Assembly (NCBI GenBank): GCA_000989765.1
Contig: LBOW01000005.1
Coordinates: 661-64,660, forward strand
Direction: 5' to 3'
Length of the DNA: 64,000 nucleotides
Origin: Candidatus Woesebacteria bacterium GW2011_GWB1_33_22
GTDB lineage: Bacteria; Patescibacteriota; Microgenomatia; UBA8517
Below are positions 8,500 through 18,556 of the stretch, in pieces. The position numbers were made by a program, and so were the translations under genes. The notes under the pieces were generated by a model. It was not told the DNA's origin and did not search any database. It saw nothing but the letters and a program-made list of their open reading frames with translations. Position 1 is the stretch's first letter. The number at the start of each line of letters is the position of its first letter.

Positions 8500-9283
8500 A
8501 TACTTTTAATCCTTTCTGCCAAATCTTTTTTGTTATAAACAGCAAAATTAATGCCCACATAGCTCCAACTGTCAAACTTAACAAACTCAATTGGATACTT
8601 TCGTTTCCTAAATATGTTTGAATGGGAACAAAGACAAGATAAGGGAATGGTGTAAATTTCAATATGTTTTGAATAAAGGTTGGGAAAACATCTAAAGGAA
8701 AAAATGCACCTGACAAAAATTCTACAAATATTACAATTACCAAAAACTGGGCGCCCCAGGATATTTCAGGTATCCAAAATGGTACGAAACTAGTTAGCAT
8801 GGCAATTGAAAAGAAAATTAGAGAAGCAATTAAAAGTGATGCAACAAAAAGCACTATGTTTACAAAATTAGTTTGAACAAATATTTCTGGTTTTAATATT
8901 AAAAACAAAACTGTAATTTCAACAAAAGAAAATATAATGTTTAAAAACTTAGATGATATATCCCTTGTTATCCAATATTTGAAAAAATTAATGGGTTTTA
9001 GGAGTAAATTAGAAAGTTCACCGTTTGAAATAATTCCGGCAACATCAACTGATCTAGAAGACATAATAATTGCTCGGACGAATATTAACAAAAACGCATA
9101 GGCTATGATTTTTTCTTTTGAGTACCCAAAATAATTGACATTTGAATTTTGAAAAACAGAACTCCATAAAAAGAAGAAAACTAAAACTTGCATAATGTTT
9201 CTGATTCTCCACATTATAAAATTCAATTTATAAGTAAATTCCTGCTGAAGTGAAATTTCCAGTATTTTTAAATACTTGTTCAT
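8480..9283 (-). CDS. ABC-2 type permease (DUF990-like)
   Basis: GELSNLLLKP, LSGAFFPLD, TPFPYLVFVP; likely start ATG 9283. Confidence 0.85.
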   Translation of the reverse strand: MNKYLKILEISLQQEFTYKLNFIMWRIRNIMQVLVFFFLWSSVFQNSNVNYFGYSKEKIIAYAFLLIFVRAIIMSSRSVDVAGIISNGELSNLLLKPINFFKYWITRDISSKFLNIIFSFVEITVLFLILKPEIFVQTNFVNIVLFVASLLIASLIFFSIAMLTSFVPFWIPEISWGAQFLVIVIFVEFLSGAFFPLDVFPTFIQNILKFTPFPYLVFVPIQTYLGNESIQLSLLSLTVGAMWALILLFITKKIWQKGLKVYEAIGR

Positions 9284-9284
9284 T

Positions 9285-10286
9285 TTAGTCCTCGTTACTA
9301 TTAAAGACATTTCGACTGTTAAAAACGGTTCTTATTACATCTTCGATTGGAAGTTCTTCAATTGTTAAATCTGAAACTGGATAGTTCTGTAAAAGTTCAG
9401 AGGCTGCAATAGCTACAGTATTTCGAGGTACAGAAATTATAAGTTCAGGATATTCAAATTTTTTTACCATGCCTATTTCTTCCAAGTGTTTTACATCAAT
9501 TTCACTTGAAAGTTTTGCTTTGATCAATTTGTCTTCAGCAAACTTTATTGTTAATTCTTCTAAAGCCCCATCAAAAATAAGTTGTCCGTCGTTAATTACT
9601 ATCACCCTTCGAGTTAGATCAACTAAATCTTTCATATTATGTGAGGTTAAAATTATTGTTGCATTATGTTTTTTATTATATTGATATATAAAATCTCTTA
9701 AAGACTGTTGAGCAGTTAAATCAAGTCCAATTGTCGGTTCATCCAAAAAAAGTACTTTTGGTTTGTAAATTAAGGCAGCAATTAATTCCATTTTCATTCT
9801 TTGACCAAGTGATAATTTTCTTACTTGAGTTTGAAGCAAAGTTGAAACGTTAAGCAAATTAACAAGTTCTTCTAAATTCTTCTTAAATTCTTTATTAGAA
9901 ATTTCATAAATTTCTTTATTTAACTCAAAAGATTCCATGGCAGGTAAATCCCACCAAAGCTGATTTTTTTGGCCCATTAAAAGAGAAATTTGTTTTAAGA
10001 AATCAGAAGACTTTTCCCAAGGATTAAAATCCATTACTGACACAAAACCTGAAGTTGGGTAAAGAAGGCCTGATAGGGTTTTTAAGGTTGTAGTTTTACC
10101 GGCTCCGTTTGGACCAATAAATCCTACTAGTTCTCCTTCTTGTATTGTAAATGATAAATCACGAACAGCCGTTACCGTTCTTTTTTTAGGATGAATTAAA
10201 GAATTAAGAGATCCTTTTAAACCACTTTCTTTTTCTAACACCTCAAAATCTTTAACTAAATGATCAACGACAATAACCTTCTTCAT
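9285..10286 (-). CDS. ABC transporter ATP-binding protein
   Basis: GPNGAGKT, LSLGQRM, LDEPTIGLD. Confidence 0.93.
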   Translation of the reverse strand: MKKVIVVDHLVKDFEVLEKESGLKGSLNSLIHPKKRTVTAVRDLSFTIQEGELVGFIGPNGAGKTTTLKTLSGLLYPTSGFVSVMDFNPWEKSSDFLKQISLLMGQKNQLWWDLPAMESFELNKEIYEISNKEFKKNLEELVNLLNVSTLLQTQVRKLSLGQRMKMELIAALIYKPKVLFLDEPTIGLDLTAQQSLRDFIYQYNKKHNATIILTSHNMKDLVDLTRRVIVINDGQLIFDGALEELTIKFAEDKLIKAKLSSEIDVKHLEEIGMVKKFEYPELIISVPRNTVAIAASELLQNYPVSDLTIEELPIEDVIRTVFNSRNVFNSNED

Positions 10287-10303
10287 TAGAATAGATTATA
10301 CCA

Positions 10304-10579
10304 TTAACGGATCACTTGCCTTTTTAATGTTTTGCCTGGAGTGAAACGGGGTGATCTGTGGGTTTTAATCGTTACAAGTTTTTCAGTGTTAGGAATTTTT
10401 ACAGTTTTTCCCTTCATGGAAATAACTCTAAAAGTTCCAAAACCAGAAAGAACTACCTTTTCTCCTTTTGCTAACACACGTCCAATTTCAGATAAAAATA
10501 CATCAATCGCTTCCTCACCTGCTTTTTTGGTTAAATGAGCTTTCCTTGAAACAAGTTCTACAATTTCTCTTTTTGTCAT
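10304..10579 (-). CDS. hup: DNA-binding protein HU
   Basis: MTKRE.V, GFGTF, PRFTPGK.LK. Confidence 0.9.
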   Translation of the reverse strand: MTKREIVELVSRKAHLTKKAGEEAIDVFLSEIGRVLAKGEKVVLSGFGTFRVISMKGKTVKIPNTEKLVTIKTHRSPRFTPGKTLKRQVIR

Positions 10580-10594
10580 TTGATAAGTAATATA

Positions 10595-11758
10595 CTATTT
10601 AGCTGATGTAGTGTCAACCGCCCTTGTCTCTCGAACTGCTGTAACTTTAATTTGACCCGCATATTCTGCTTCTTTTTCAAGTTTTTGGGTAATTTCATGG
10701 ACTAAAACTGTCAATCTGTCATCATCAACTTCATTTGGATCTACAAATACTCTAACATCACGTCCAGCTTGAAATGCATAGGCTGTTTCAACACCCTCAA
10801 AACCTTTAACCAATTCTTCAATTTTGTCCATTCTTTTGACATATCCTTCATGGGGTTCGTAACGAGCACCTGGACGAGACCCAGAAGCGGCATCAGCAGT
10901 CCAAACAAGATAACTTTCAATTGAAGAAAATGGCTTATCTTCATGATGTTCGGCGATACAATTAACAACTTCTTTTGCAATACCAAACTTTCGAGCGGTA
11001 GTTACACCGACATCGATATGATTTCCTTCTTCATCTGTAACAACCTTACCTATATCGTGGAGTAAACAACCCAAACGAACAACGTCAACTTTGGCACCAA
11101 GTTCTTCTGCCAAAGCGATACCCATTTTGGTTTCCTCAATTGTGTGATGACCAAGATTTTGTCCATAAGAAGTCCTAAATTTAAATTTCCCAATTAAGCG
11201 AAGAAGATCAACAGGGAGATTATAAACACCACATTCTTCAGCAATTTTCTTGCCTTCTTCAAGAAGAACATCTTCCATGTTAGCCCTAGTTAATTTCATT
11301 ACTTCTTCAATCCTACTAGGCTGAATTCTTGAATCTTTAATAAGAATCTCTAAAGCTCTCTTGGCAACTTCACGCCTGACAGAATCAAAAGAAGAAATTC
11401 TAATTTCATTTGTTTCATCAATTAAAATCTCAACACCAGCATCTTTTTCAAAAGCTCTAATATTTCTTCCCTCTGCACCAATGATTCTTCCTTTTACTTC
11501 TTCATTTGGAACGATGATTGAGGAAACAGTATATTCAGCAACAAATGAGGTAACTCCATGCTTTAGGGCATCTGCTAATATTTCATTTGCTTTTTCGTGT
11601 GAATCAAGTTTTATTCTTTCCTCTGCAGCCCTTATCTTTTTTGCAATTTCAGAAGTTAAATCACGTTGCACTTCATCTAGAAGAGCCTTTTTTGCCTCAT
11701 CAACAGTCATTTTAGAAACTTGTTCTAGCTTTTTAATGTAATCATTCTGTGTAGCCAT
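10595..11758 (-). CDS. rny: Ribonuclease Y lacking N-terminal membrane anchor
   Basis: KH domain (KGRIIGAEGRNIRA), RTSYGQN, HD motif LLHDIGK, SRPGAR, QAGRDVRV. Confidence 0.93.
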   Translation of the reverse strand: MATQNDYIKKLEQVSKMTVDEAKKALLDEVQRDLTSEIAKKIRAAEERIKLDSHEKANEILADALKHGVTSFVAEYTVSSIIVPNEEVKGRIIGAEGRNIRAFEKDAGVEILIDETNEIRISSFDSVRREVAKRALEILIKDSRIQPSRIEEVMKLTRANMEDVLLEEGKKIAEECGVYNLPVDLLRLIGKFKFRTSYGQNLGHHTIEETKMGIALAEELGAKVDVVRLGCLLHDIGKVVTDEEGNHIDVGVTTARKFGIAKEVVNCIAEHHEDKPFSSIESYLVWTADAASGSRPGARYEPHEGYVKRMDKIEELVKGFEGVETAYAFQAGRDVRVFVDPNEVDDDRLTVLVHEITQKLEKEAEYAGQIKVTAVRETRAVDTTSAK

Positions 11759-11768
11759 ATTAAGCTTA

Positions 11769-12374
11769 TCATTTTAACACATCATTCACCACATTCCAAT
11801 CGAAACCTTTTCCTGCCAGATATTGAGTGATTTTTTGACGACGGGTTTTTTGATCAAATTTTTCCCATTTATAATTTTTTGTTTTAATCAGATCTTTTGC
11901 AAGTTTTAGTTCATCTATTTTTGTTTCTTCTAAAATATTTTTAATAATTTCTCTATCAATTCCTTTTATTAAAAGTTCTGAATTTAAGACTCTTTTTGAT
12001 TTTGGAGAAAATGATTGTCTTTGTTCCACCCACCATTTAGCAAAAGCTTTATCATTTATTAACTCTAAGTTGTTTAATCTACTTAAAAGTTCTTCTTTTA
12101 TGTTTTCTGGAACTTTTTTCCTTTTAAAATAATCTATTATTTCTTTTTTACTTCTAGGTCTTAACATTGCAAATTTTAAAAGTTTATCTAATATTTTTTG
12201 GAACTCTGCTTCTTTAATTATTTTAGTTATTTTTTCATCATTTAACTCCTGATCAACTTTTAAATTAAACTTAACAAAATTTTCAAGGTCTAAACCAAAG
12301 CCAAACCAATTGTCCAAATAAATATTTACGCGTTTTTGATTTTTCTGAGGTTTTATTGCTGTAATTACTGGCAT
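11769..12374 (-). CDS. recX: Regulatory protein RecX
   Basis: RPRS.KE, NDKAFAKWWV, YLAGKGF; follows recA. Confidence 0.9.
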   Translation of the reverse strand: MPVITAIKPQKNQKRVNIYLDNWFGFGLDLENFVKFNLKVDQELNDEKITKIIKEAEFQKILDKLLKFAMLRPRSKKEIIDYFKRKKVPENIKEELLSRLNNLELINDKAFAKWWVEQRQSFSPKSKRVLNSELLIKGIDREIIKNILEETKIDELKLAKDLIKTKNYKWEKFDQKTRRQKITQYLAGKGFDWNVVNDVLK

Positions 12375-12419
12375 GATATAATTGTACCAGTAGTCTCAAT
12401 GCCCGTGTGGTAGGTCAGA

Positions 12420-13508
12420 CTACTCTTCGTCTTTTTCTTCTTCTCCAATTTCTTTTGGAAGTTTTTTACCTGAAGTAGCCATTTCCCTAATCTTTTTCTC
12501 AATTTCTGCTGCAAACTTTTCATTTTCTTTAATATGTGCTTTAGCTCCTTCTCTTCCTTGAGCCAAAACTTTACCATTATAATTAAAGAATGATCCAGAC
12601 TTTGTAATTATTCCCAAATCAACTGCAACATCCAAAAGATTTCCCGATTTACTAATTCCTTCATCATTCATAATATCAAACTCTGCAACTTTTAAAGGAG
12701 GGGCAACTTTGTTTTTAACAACCCTAACACGGGATCTTGTACCAATTACATTATCTCCGTCTTTAATTGATTCAACTCGCCTTATATCAAGCCTGACTGA
12801 GGCATAGAATTTAAGTGCTAGACCTCCTGTTGTTGTTTCTGGATTTCCAAACATCACTCCAATTTTTTGTCTTAATTGGTTTGTAAAAATTAAAATTGTT
12901 TTTGATTTACTAATTGCCCCTGTCAACTTTCTCAAAGCTTGAGACATCAGTCTTGCTTGTAAGCCCATTACAGCATCCCCCATCTGCCCTTCAAGTTCTG
13001 CTCGTGGAACAAGGGCTGCAACTGAATCAACAACTATTACATCAATTGCCCCTGAACGAATTAAGGTTTCTGTAATTTCTAATGCTTGTTCACCCGTATC
13101 TGGTTGGGAAAGAAGAAGGTTGTCAAGATCTACACCCATTATTTCAGCCCTTTGAGGATCTAAGGCATGCTCCGCATCAACAAAGGCACACTGTCCACCC
13201 AATTTTTGCGCTTCTGCTACAACTGCCAGAGCAAGTGTGGTCTTACCAGATGCTTCTGGACCATATATTTCAACAATTCTTCCCCTTGGTAAGCCTCCAA
13301 CACCCAATGCTAAATCAAGCGCTATTGAACCAGTTGGAATAACATCAATATTATTTCTACTTCCAGGGTTTTCTCCAAGTCTCATGATAGAGCCTTTACC
13401 ATAGGCTTTATCAATCTGTTCCATAGCAATTTTAATTGCCTGAAGTTTGGCTACATTTCCTTCTTGTTTTACTGGAGCCTCAATTGGTTCTGACTTTTTC
13501 TTTGCCAT
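12420..13508 (-). CDS. recA: Recombinase RecA
   Basis: [30 protein letters not shown]. Confidence 0.99.
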   Translation of the reverse strand: MAKKKSEPIEAPVKQEGNVAKLQAIKIAMEQIDKAYGKGSIMRLGENPGSRNNIDVIPTGSIALDLALGVGGLPRGRIVEIYGPEASGKTTLALAVVAEAQKLGGQCAFVDAEHALDPQRAEIMGVDLDNLLLSQPDTGEQALEITETLIRSGAIDVIVVDSVAALVPRAELEGQMGDAVMGLQARLMSQALRKLTGAISKSKTILIFTNQLRQKIGVMFGNPETTTGGLALKFYASVRLDIRRVESIKDGDNVIGTRSRVRVVKNKVAPPLKVAEFDIMNDEGISKSGNLLDVAVDLGIITKSGSFFNYNGKVLAQGREGAKAHIKENEKFAAEIEKKIREMATSGKKLPKEIGEEEKDEE

Positions 13509-13574
13509 TTGTATTTACCAGAGTATTACGAACTTTCCCCAAATGCAAGAAGTAAAATTATTTTTTTATTTTTG

Positions 13575-13645
13575 TCGGGGATGAGTGAGTCGCACACTCG
13601 TCAGATGACCCCCAGCCACCTATTCTACTGTTAAACTAATCCCCG
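13575..13645 (-). tRNA. tRNA-Pro(GGG), CCA not encoded
   Basis: Cloverleaf by eye: CGGGGAT/ATCCCCG acceptor plus A73; GTTT/GAAT D stem; GGTGG-CTGGGGG-TCATC anticodon arm; GAGTG-TGCGACT-CACTC T arm; TGATAGAAT promoter just upstream. Confidence 0.9.
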
Positions 13646-13659
13646 CTTTTGATATTCTA

Positions 13660-14493
13660 TCAAATTGGAAGGATTTTTTGTTTAGTTGGTAAAAAGTTTT
13701 CGCCCGTTACTACACTTTTGCCAGTTTTATTTTCCAATGCAATTCTTGCATCTTTGGCAATCTTTCCACCCTTAACTGCTGGTATTTTATTTTCTTCCAG
13801 GCCATTTGTTTTCATAACTTCAGCAATTTCTCTTGTAGATAATTCTGCCAATGCTGTAAAAACCAATTCAGCACCACTCATATGGTCTCGTAAATTTTGA
13901 GATTTTAAATTTTTAAACTTTTTATGTTCTTTGACACTCAAATCACTCCATTCTTCATGTATTATATTTGTCAAAATTGCATATTCTTCTTGTTTTGTAA
14001 CCTCATGAGTCTGCCAATAACCAGTCAACTTATTTCTAATTTCTTGTCCCATCATTCTTTGTTGAATCCATTGTTTACTTCTACCCAACTTAACCCAATA
14101 ATCACGAGCTCTATTTAATGATCTTTCTGGGTCACTTATATCCTGCATTCTTTCGTATCCAACTTTTGCAAGCCATAATTTTATAGGTTCTGCTTTTTTA
14201 GAGGGAATTGATTGGATTAAACGAAATAATGTTTCTGTATCTGCTGTATCAGTGGGTCTCATTTTTCCATCTGCGGCCTTCATTTTCAACCGGTTACAAT
14301 TTGTAACCACTTCGCTACCTTCTTTTTGAAGTCTATTTTTCAAAACTTTCCAATAATTACGAGCAAGTTGGAAGTTTGGTTGATCAATTAAAACTGCAAT
14401 AATATCAACCACAGAAAAATACCATTTTTCTTTTTCTTCATCCCAAACTCGTCTAATTTGTTCACCTTTAAATATAGAAATATTACTGTCCAT
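13660..14493 (-). CDS. Bro-N domain (antirepressor-like) DNA-binding protein
   Basis: IRRVWD...WYFSVVDII, RNYWKVLKNRL, IQSIPS.KAEP.KLWLA, NLRDHM. Confidence 0.85.
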   Translation of the reverse strand: MDSNISIFKGEQIRRVWDEEKEKWYFSVVDIIAVLIDQPNFQLARNYWKVLKNRLQKEGSEVVTNCNRLKMKAADGKMRPTDTADTETLFRLIQSIPSKKAEPIKLWLAKVGYERMQDISDPERSLNRARDYWVKLGRSKQWIQQRMMGQEIRNKLTGYWQTHEVTKQEEYAILTNIIHEEWSDLSVKEHKKFKNLKSQNLRDHMSGAELVFTALAELSTREIAEVMKTNGLEENKIPAVKGGKIAKDARIALENKTGKSVVTGENFLPTKQKILPI

Positions 14494-14549
14494 AATTTAA
14501 TTTAACCCCAATCAATACCGAAGTCAATAGATCAAATCATGTCAAATTT

Positions 14550-15752
14550 TTATTCGTAACGAATTGCATCGATTGGGGAAAGGGAGGCAGCACGACGGGC
14601 GGGAAAAACTCCAAAGATGATTCCTATTGCAGATGAAACTCCTAAGGCAACTAAAACTGCAACTAAATTCAAACTTGCCGGAAAGAAAAATCTGATAATT
14701 AATACAACAATTGTTGCAAGAAGTAATCCTGCAATTCCACCTAAAAGAGATAATACAATTGACTCTGAAAGAAATTGCATTAATATATCTTTTTCGGTAG
14801 CTCCAATTGCTCGCCTAATTCCTATCTCTTTGGTTCGTTCAGTTACAGTTGAATACATAATATTCATTATCCCAATTCCGCCAACAAAAAGTGAGATCGA
14901 ACCAATTGCAATTAAAACAATATTAATAATACTAAAAATTTGATTAATTGAATTTAATAATTCAGCTTGTTCTGTAACCGCAAATCCTTCTGCATCATAC
15001 CTTTTTAAAAGTGTATCCTCTGTCTTTTTTTTAACTTCTGGTATTAATTTATCTGATTTAACCCCCAAATATATTGCCCAAAATTTTTTATCTGGATTTA
15101 TATTTTGATAAGCTGTTCTATATGGAATAAAAATTGCCGTATCTGCCTGTCTATCACCCTTTTTCTTGGCAACACCAATAACCTTAAATCTTTGATTTTC
15201 AAATCTAACTGTTCTTCCTACTGCTTTATCTACAGAACCAAAAAGATCAATGGCAATCGTATTACCCAGAACTGAAACTTTTGAACTACCACGAACATCA
15301 GCACTACCAAAAAGTCTACCATCATAAACTTCAACATTCATTAGTTTGAATCCATCTTCATTAATTGCCATGACACTACCAATCTTTTTTTCACTTTCAG
15401 TTTCAACTGAAACGTTTTTCATAAAAATTGGTACTACATAGTCTATTCCAGAAATTCTTTCCAATTTACTAACATCCTTCTCATCGAAACTCACCCCGCC
15501 AACAGTTCCCTGTCCTCCAAAACTCGCCCCCCCCTCTCCTGTAAACCCGCTTCCTGGAAGTATCATTATTAAATTTGCTCCCATATTTTGAAATTGTCCC
15601 TGAATATAATTTTTAAGTCCCAAGCCTAACGCAATTAAAATAACTACAGAGAAAACTCCGACCATAATTCCAAGGGAAGTTAAAAAAGTTCTTACTTTAT
15701 TTCTTTTGAAATCGTCAAATGATGACTTAAGTAAGTTTTTGTATTGTTTCAT
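14550..15752 (-). CDS. MacB/FtsX-like ABC permease
   Basis: RTFLTSLGI, GGIGIMNIM..TVTERTKEIGIRRAIGA, PIDAIRYE. Confidence 0.92.
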   Translation of the reverse strand: MKQYKNLLKSSFDDFKRNKVRTFLTSLGIMVGVFSVVILIALGLGLKNYIQGQFQNMGANLIMILPGSGFTGEGGASFGGQGTVGGVSFDEKDVSKLERISGIDYVVPIFMKNVSVETESEKKIGSVMAINEDGFKLMNVEVYDGRLFGSADVRGSSKVSVLGNTIAIDLFGSVDKAVGRTVRFENQRFKVIGVAKKKGDRQADTAIFIPYRTAYQNINPDKKFWAIYLGVKSDKLIPEVKKKTEDTLLKRYDAEGFAVTEQAELLNSINQIFSIINIVLIAIGSISLFVGGIGIMNIMYSTVTERTKEIGIRRAIGATEKDILMQFLSESIVLSLLGGIAGLLLATIVVLIIRFFFPASLNLVAVLVALGVSSAIGIIFGVFPARRAASLSPIDAIRYE

Positions 15753-16432
15753 ATATATTTGTCCACAACTTTACCGTCTTTAATGTAAATTTTTCGATTA
15801 GTTCTATCAGCAACATCTTTTTCGTGAGTTACCAAAACCACAGTGACTTCGGTTTTTTTATTTAAATTTTCTAGTATTTGCAAAATTTCATCACCAGTTT
15901 TACTGTCTAAATTTCCCGTTGGTTCGTCGGCTAATATTAATTCTGGATTCATAATTAGAGATCTTGCAATTGCAACCCTTTGTTGTTGACCACCTGAAAT
16001 TTTATTGGGATAAAAATTTAATCTTTGTCCCATTCCAAGATGTTCAAGAAGTTTTTTAGCTTTTTCAGTAGGGTCAAAATCAAGTTGGCTTTTATAGTAA
16101 ATTGTGGGAAGAGCCACATTTTCCAAAACTGTTAGTTTATTAATTAAATTAAATTGTTGGAACACAAAACCTACATAAGTATTTCGGAGTGTTGATAGTT
16201 CATTATCACTTATTTTTGATATATCTTTATTATTTATTAAAATTTTTCCTGAAGTTGGTCGATCTAGGAGTCCAATCATATGCATCAAGGTTGATTTTCC
16301 TGACCCTGAAGAACCCAAAATACTTACATATTCACCTTTTTTAATAGAAAGGGTGGCATTTTCCACAGCGTGAACCTCGCTATCTCCTAAAAAATAGGTT
16401 TTATTAACATTTTGAAGCTTAATCATATACAA
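15749..16432 (-). CDS. ABC ATP-binding protein (MacB/LolD-like)
   Basis: GSSGSGKST, SGGQQQRVAIAR, ADEPTGNLD. Confidence 0.93.
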   Translation of the reverse strand: MYMIKLQNVNKTYFLGDSEVHAVENATLSIKKGEYVSILGSSGSGKSTLMHMIGLLDRPTSGKILINNKDISKISDNELSTLRNTYVGFVFQQFNLINKLTVLENVALPTIYYKSQLDFDPTEKAKKLLEHLGMGQRLNFYPNKISGGQQQRVAIARSLIMNPELILADEPTGNLDSKTGDEILQILENLNKKTEVTVVLVTHEKDVADRTNRKIYIKDGKVVDKYI

Positions 16433-17417
16433 CCATACCCTTGTTTATATCACCAATAATTTCGGTCATATCTTCAGATGATATTCCAGATTTAATATAA
16501 ATTTTTCCATCTTTAGAATTTGTCTTAAGATATTCTCCAGTTTTATCTTGTTTAATATAATTTGAAGGTACAAATAAAACATTTTCTTTTTCTAAAACTA
16601 CAAATTTAGCATCCCCTGTCATGGCTATTTTAAATTTAGACTCTAGAAGATTAAGACCAATAAAATTAACTTTAATTGAATAGACTGATCCAGATTCACC
16701 CAATTTCGGAACAAATGAAATGCTTTCTACTTCGCCTTCAAATTTTTTTTCTTCAAAAGAATCTAAAACTATTTGTACCTTTTGACCATTTACAACTTTT
16801 GTTACCTCAGTTTGATCAGCCAAAACACTAAAATACATAGTAGTGGGATCAATTATTTCTATTTCAGTTGTACCAAAGCTTACAAACACACTAGTAAAAG
16901 GGTGGGCAACGAAGGTAACGATTCCATTAAATGGCGCATAAATGTAAGCTCCATCAAGGTTTCTTTTTGCCTGAAGCATTGATTCATATGCTTTATCTTT
17001 ATTTGCTTCCGCCGTAGTCCTTAAATCTTTTTGAGCATAAGTTTCATCTTTATCATGGTTTTTAACCTGGTCCAAAATATTTTGAGCTGTAGCATCATAA
17101 ATTCTTAAGTTAGATAAGGCTATTTGGTAACTTGAGTTTAAAACTGTGGTATCAAGTTTAGTTAAAAGTCTACCCTTTTTTACATTTTCACCTTCTCTAA
17201 CACCAACATAACTAATTTTTCCTGACGTCTCGTAACCCAGTTTTGCATAATTTATGGCATTTACCTCTCCAGAAAGTATAATTTCTTCGGACATTTTGCC
17301 TTTTTGAATAACGGCAGATTTGATCTCTTTATTATTATTGTTAAAAACAAAAAATACAATAAATGCTACAACCACAAGAATAGATATTATCTTCCATTTT
17401 TTTCTGATGAACTTCAT
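16419..17417 (-). CDS. Efflux membrane-fusion (adaptor) protein
   Basis: N-terminal TM; lipoyl-like halves (SGKI...VREGENVKKG, APFNGIV) around a helical hairpin. Confidence 0.85.
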   Translation of the reverse strand: MKFIRKKWKIISILVVVAFIVFFVFNNNNKEIKSAVIQKGKMSEEIILSGEVNAINYAKLGYETSGKISYVGVREGENVKKGRLLTKLDTTVLNSSYQIALSNLRIYDATAQNILDQVKNHDKDETYAQKDLRTTAEANKDKAYESMLQAKRNLDGAYIYAPFNGIVTFVAHPFTSVFVSFGTTEIEIIDPTTMYFSVLADQTEVTKVVNGQKVQIVLDSFEEKKFEGEVESISFVPKLGESGSVYSIKVNFIGLNLLESKFKIAMTGDAKFVVLEKENVLFVPSNYIKQDKTGEYLKTNSKDGKIYIKSGISSEDMTEIIGDINKGMVVYD

Positions 17418-17420
17418 AGT

Positions 17421-17807
17421 TTACCTCTTAGGGGACTGTTTCTTTCTTCTAGCTTTTCCACCTGTTCCAACCATTCTTCGTTGTCTTTCTCGTGAATCTC
17501 TGGTTAATAAACCTTCTTTCTTTAAAGGTATTCTAAACTTTTCTGAATCTAATTTAACTAATGCTCTAGCTATTCCATGAACTACAGCTTGAATCTGGCC
17601 TTCTTTACCACCACCAACAACTTTAGCGGTAAAATAAAATTTATCGATAGCATTTGCTGTTTTAAATGGTTTATCAATCAATGAATTTATAATTTTTATA
17701 CCATTAACTAAATTTTCGCCAACACCTTTAAACAAACGAACTCTGGCTGTTGAAGTTTTCCTTCTGCCTACTGCAAAAATGTATTTTTTACTTGAACTTG
17801 CTTTCAT
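17421..17807 (-). CDS. rpsI: 30S ribosomal protein S9
   Basis: GRRKTSTARV, GGGKEGQ, KARRKKQSPKR. Confidence 0.96.
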   Translation of the reverse strand: MKASSSKKYIFAVGRRKTSTARVRLFKGVGENLVNGIKIINSLIDKPFKTANAIDKFYFTAKVVGGGKEGQIQAVVHGIARALVKLDSEKFRIPLKKEGLLTRDSRERQRRMVGTGGKARRKKQSPKR

Positions 17808-18201
17808 ATTTGTGTTTTTCTCCCTTAAAAACAAAAAGTCTGGCCATTCTATCAGCTTTCAAACGATTATCTGGTAGCATTCCATTAACTGAAAATTCAA
17901 TTATACGATTTGGGTGTTCCTTGGACATTTTTTCAAAAGTTACTTCCTTAAATCCTCCAGGATAACCTGAATGGCTTCTATAAACTTTGTTTAATGATTT
18001 TTTACCTGTCGTAATTATTTTTTCAGCATTTATGATAACTACAAAATCGCCAGAATCCATGTGAGCTGAATAGGTAGTTTTTTGTTTACCCATCAAAAGG
18101 GTGGCTACCTTTGTAGATAACCTTCCCAAAACTTGATCTTTAGCGTCAACTAAATGCCAGTCTCTTTTAATCTCTTTTTGTTTTGGTTGGTAAGTTTTCA
18201 T
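17788..18201 (-). CDS. rplM: 50S ribosomal protein L13
   Basis: WHLVDA...LGRL, GDFVVIINA, HSGYPGG; likely start MKTYQPK at 18201. Confidence 0.96.
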   Translation of the reverse strand: MKTYQPKQKEIKRDWHLVDAKDQVLGRLSTKVATLLMGKQKTTYSAHMDSGDFVVIINAEKIITTGKKSLNKVYRSHSGYPGGFKEVTFEKMSKEHPNRIIEFSVNGMLPDNRLKADRMARLFVFKGEKHKYESKFK

Positions 18202-18553
18202 ATGTCCACTCCATTCTAACCATCTCTGCCATGTCACCCTTTCTGGATACAAGAGGTATTGCTCTAGTAAATCCACTGTTTTTATTTTCAAAAGATTTAG
18301 CAATTTCAGTCCAAAGAATTGCGGCAACCTCTTTATTACCTCTTAAATTCTTTAAGACTTGTCTTTTACTTGCTAATGTATCTTTTTTAGCCAAAGTTAC
18401 TAGTTTATCAACCATTCCAGAAATCGCTTTAGCTTTTGCTTTGGTAGTATTAATTTTTCTATTTATTACCAAAGATTCAACCAAAGAAACAAATAAAGCT
18501 TCTCTGGTTGCTCTTTCTCGAGAGAGTTTTTTACCAAAGACTCTTTTTCTCAT
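18167..18553 (-). CDS. rplQ: 50S ribosomal protein L17
   Basis: KLSR, INTTKAKAK, SGFTR, RKGDMAEM. Confidence 0.95.
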   Translation of the reverse strand: MRKRVFGKKLSRERATREALFVSLVESLVINRKINTTKAKAKAISGMVDKLVTLAKKDTLASKRQVLKNLRGNKEVAAILWTEIAKSFENKNSGFTRAIPLVSRKGDMAEMVRMEWTYENLPTKTKRD

Positions 18554-18556
18554 AGA

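Noticed and set aside
12390-12425. AGTAGTCT...AGACTACT hairpin between recA and recX as a terminator
   Set aside because: Long loop and no U-tract on the coding strand; role unsupported
13575-14493. Prophage or island integrated at tRNA-Pro
   Set aside because: Bro-N lies at the tRNA 5' side; no integrase and no duplicated tRNA 3' end seen
14550-17417. MacAB-like system lacking TolC as a novelty
   Set aside because: Ordinary for organisms without an outer membrane (YknXYZ-like)
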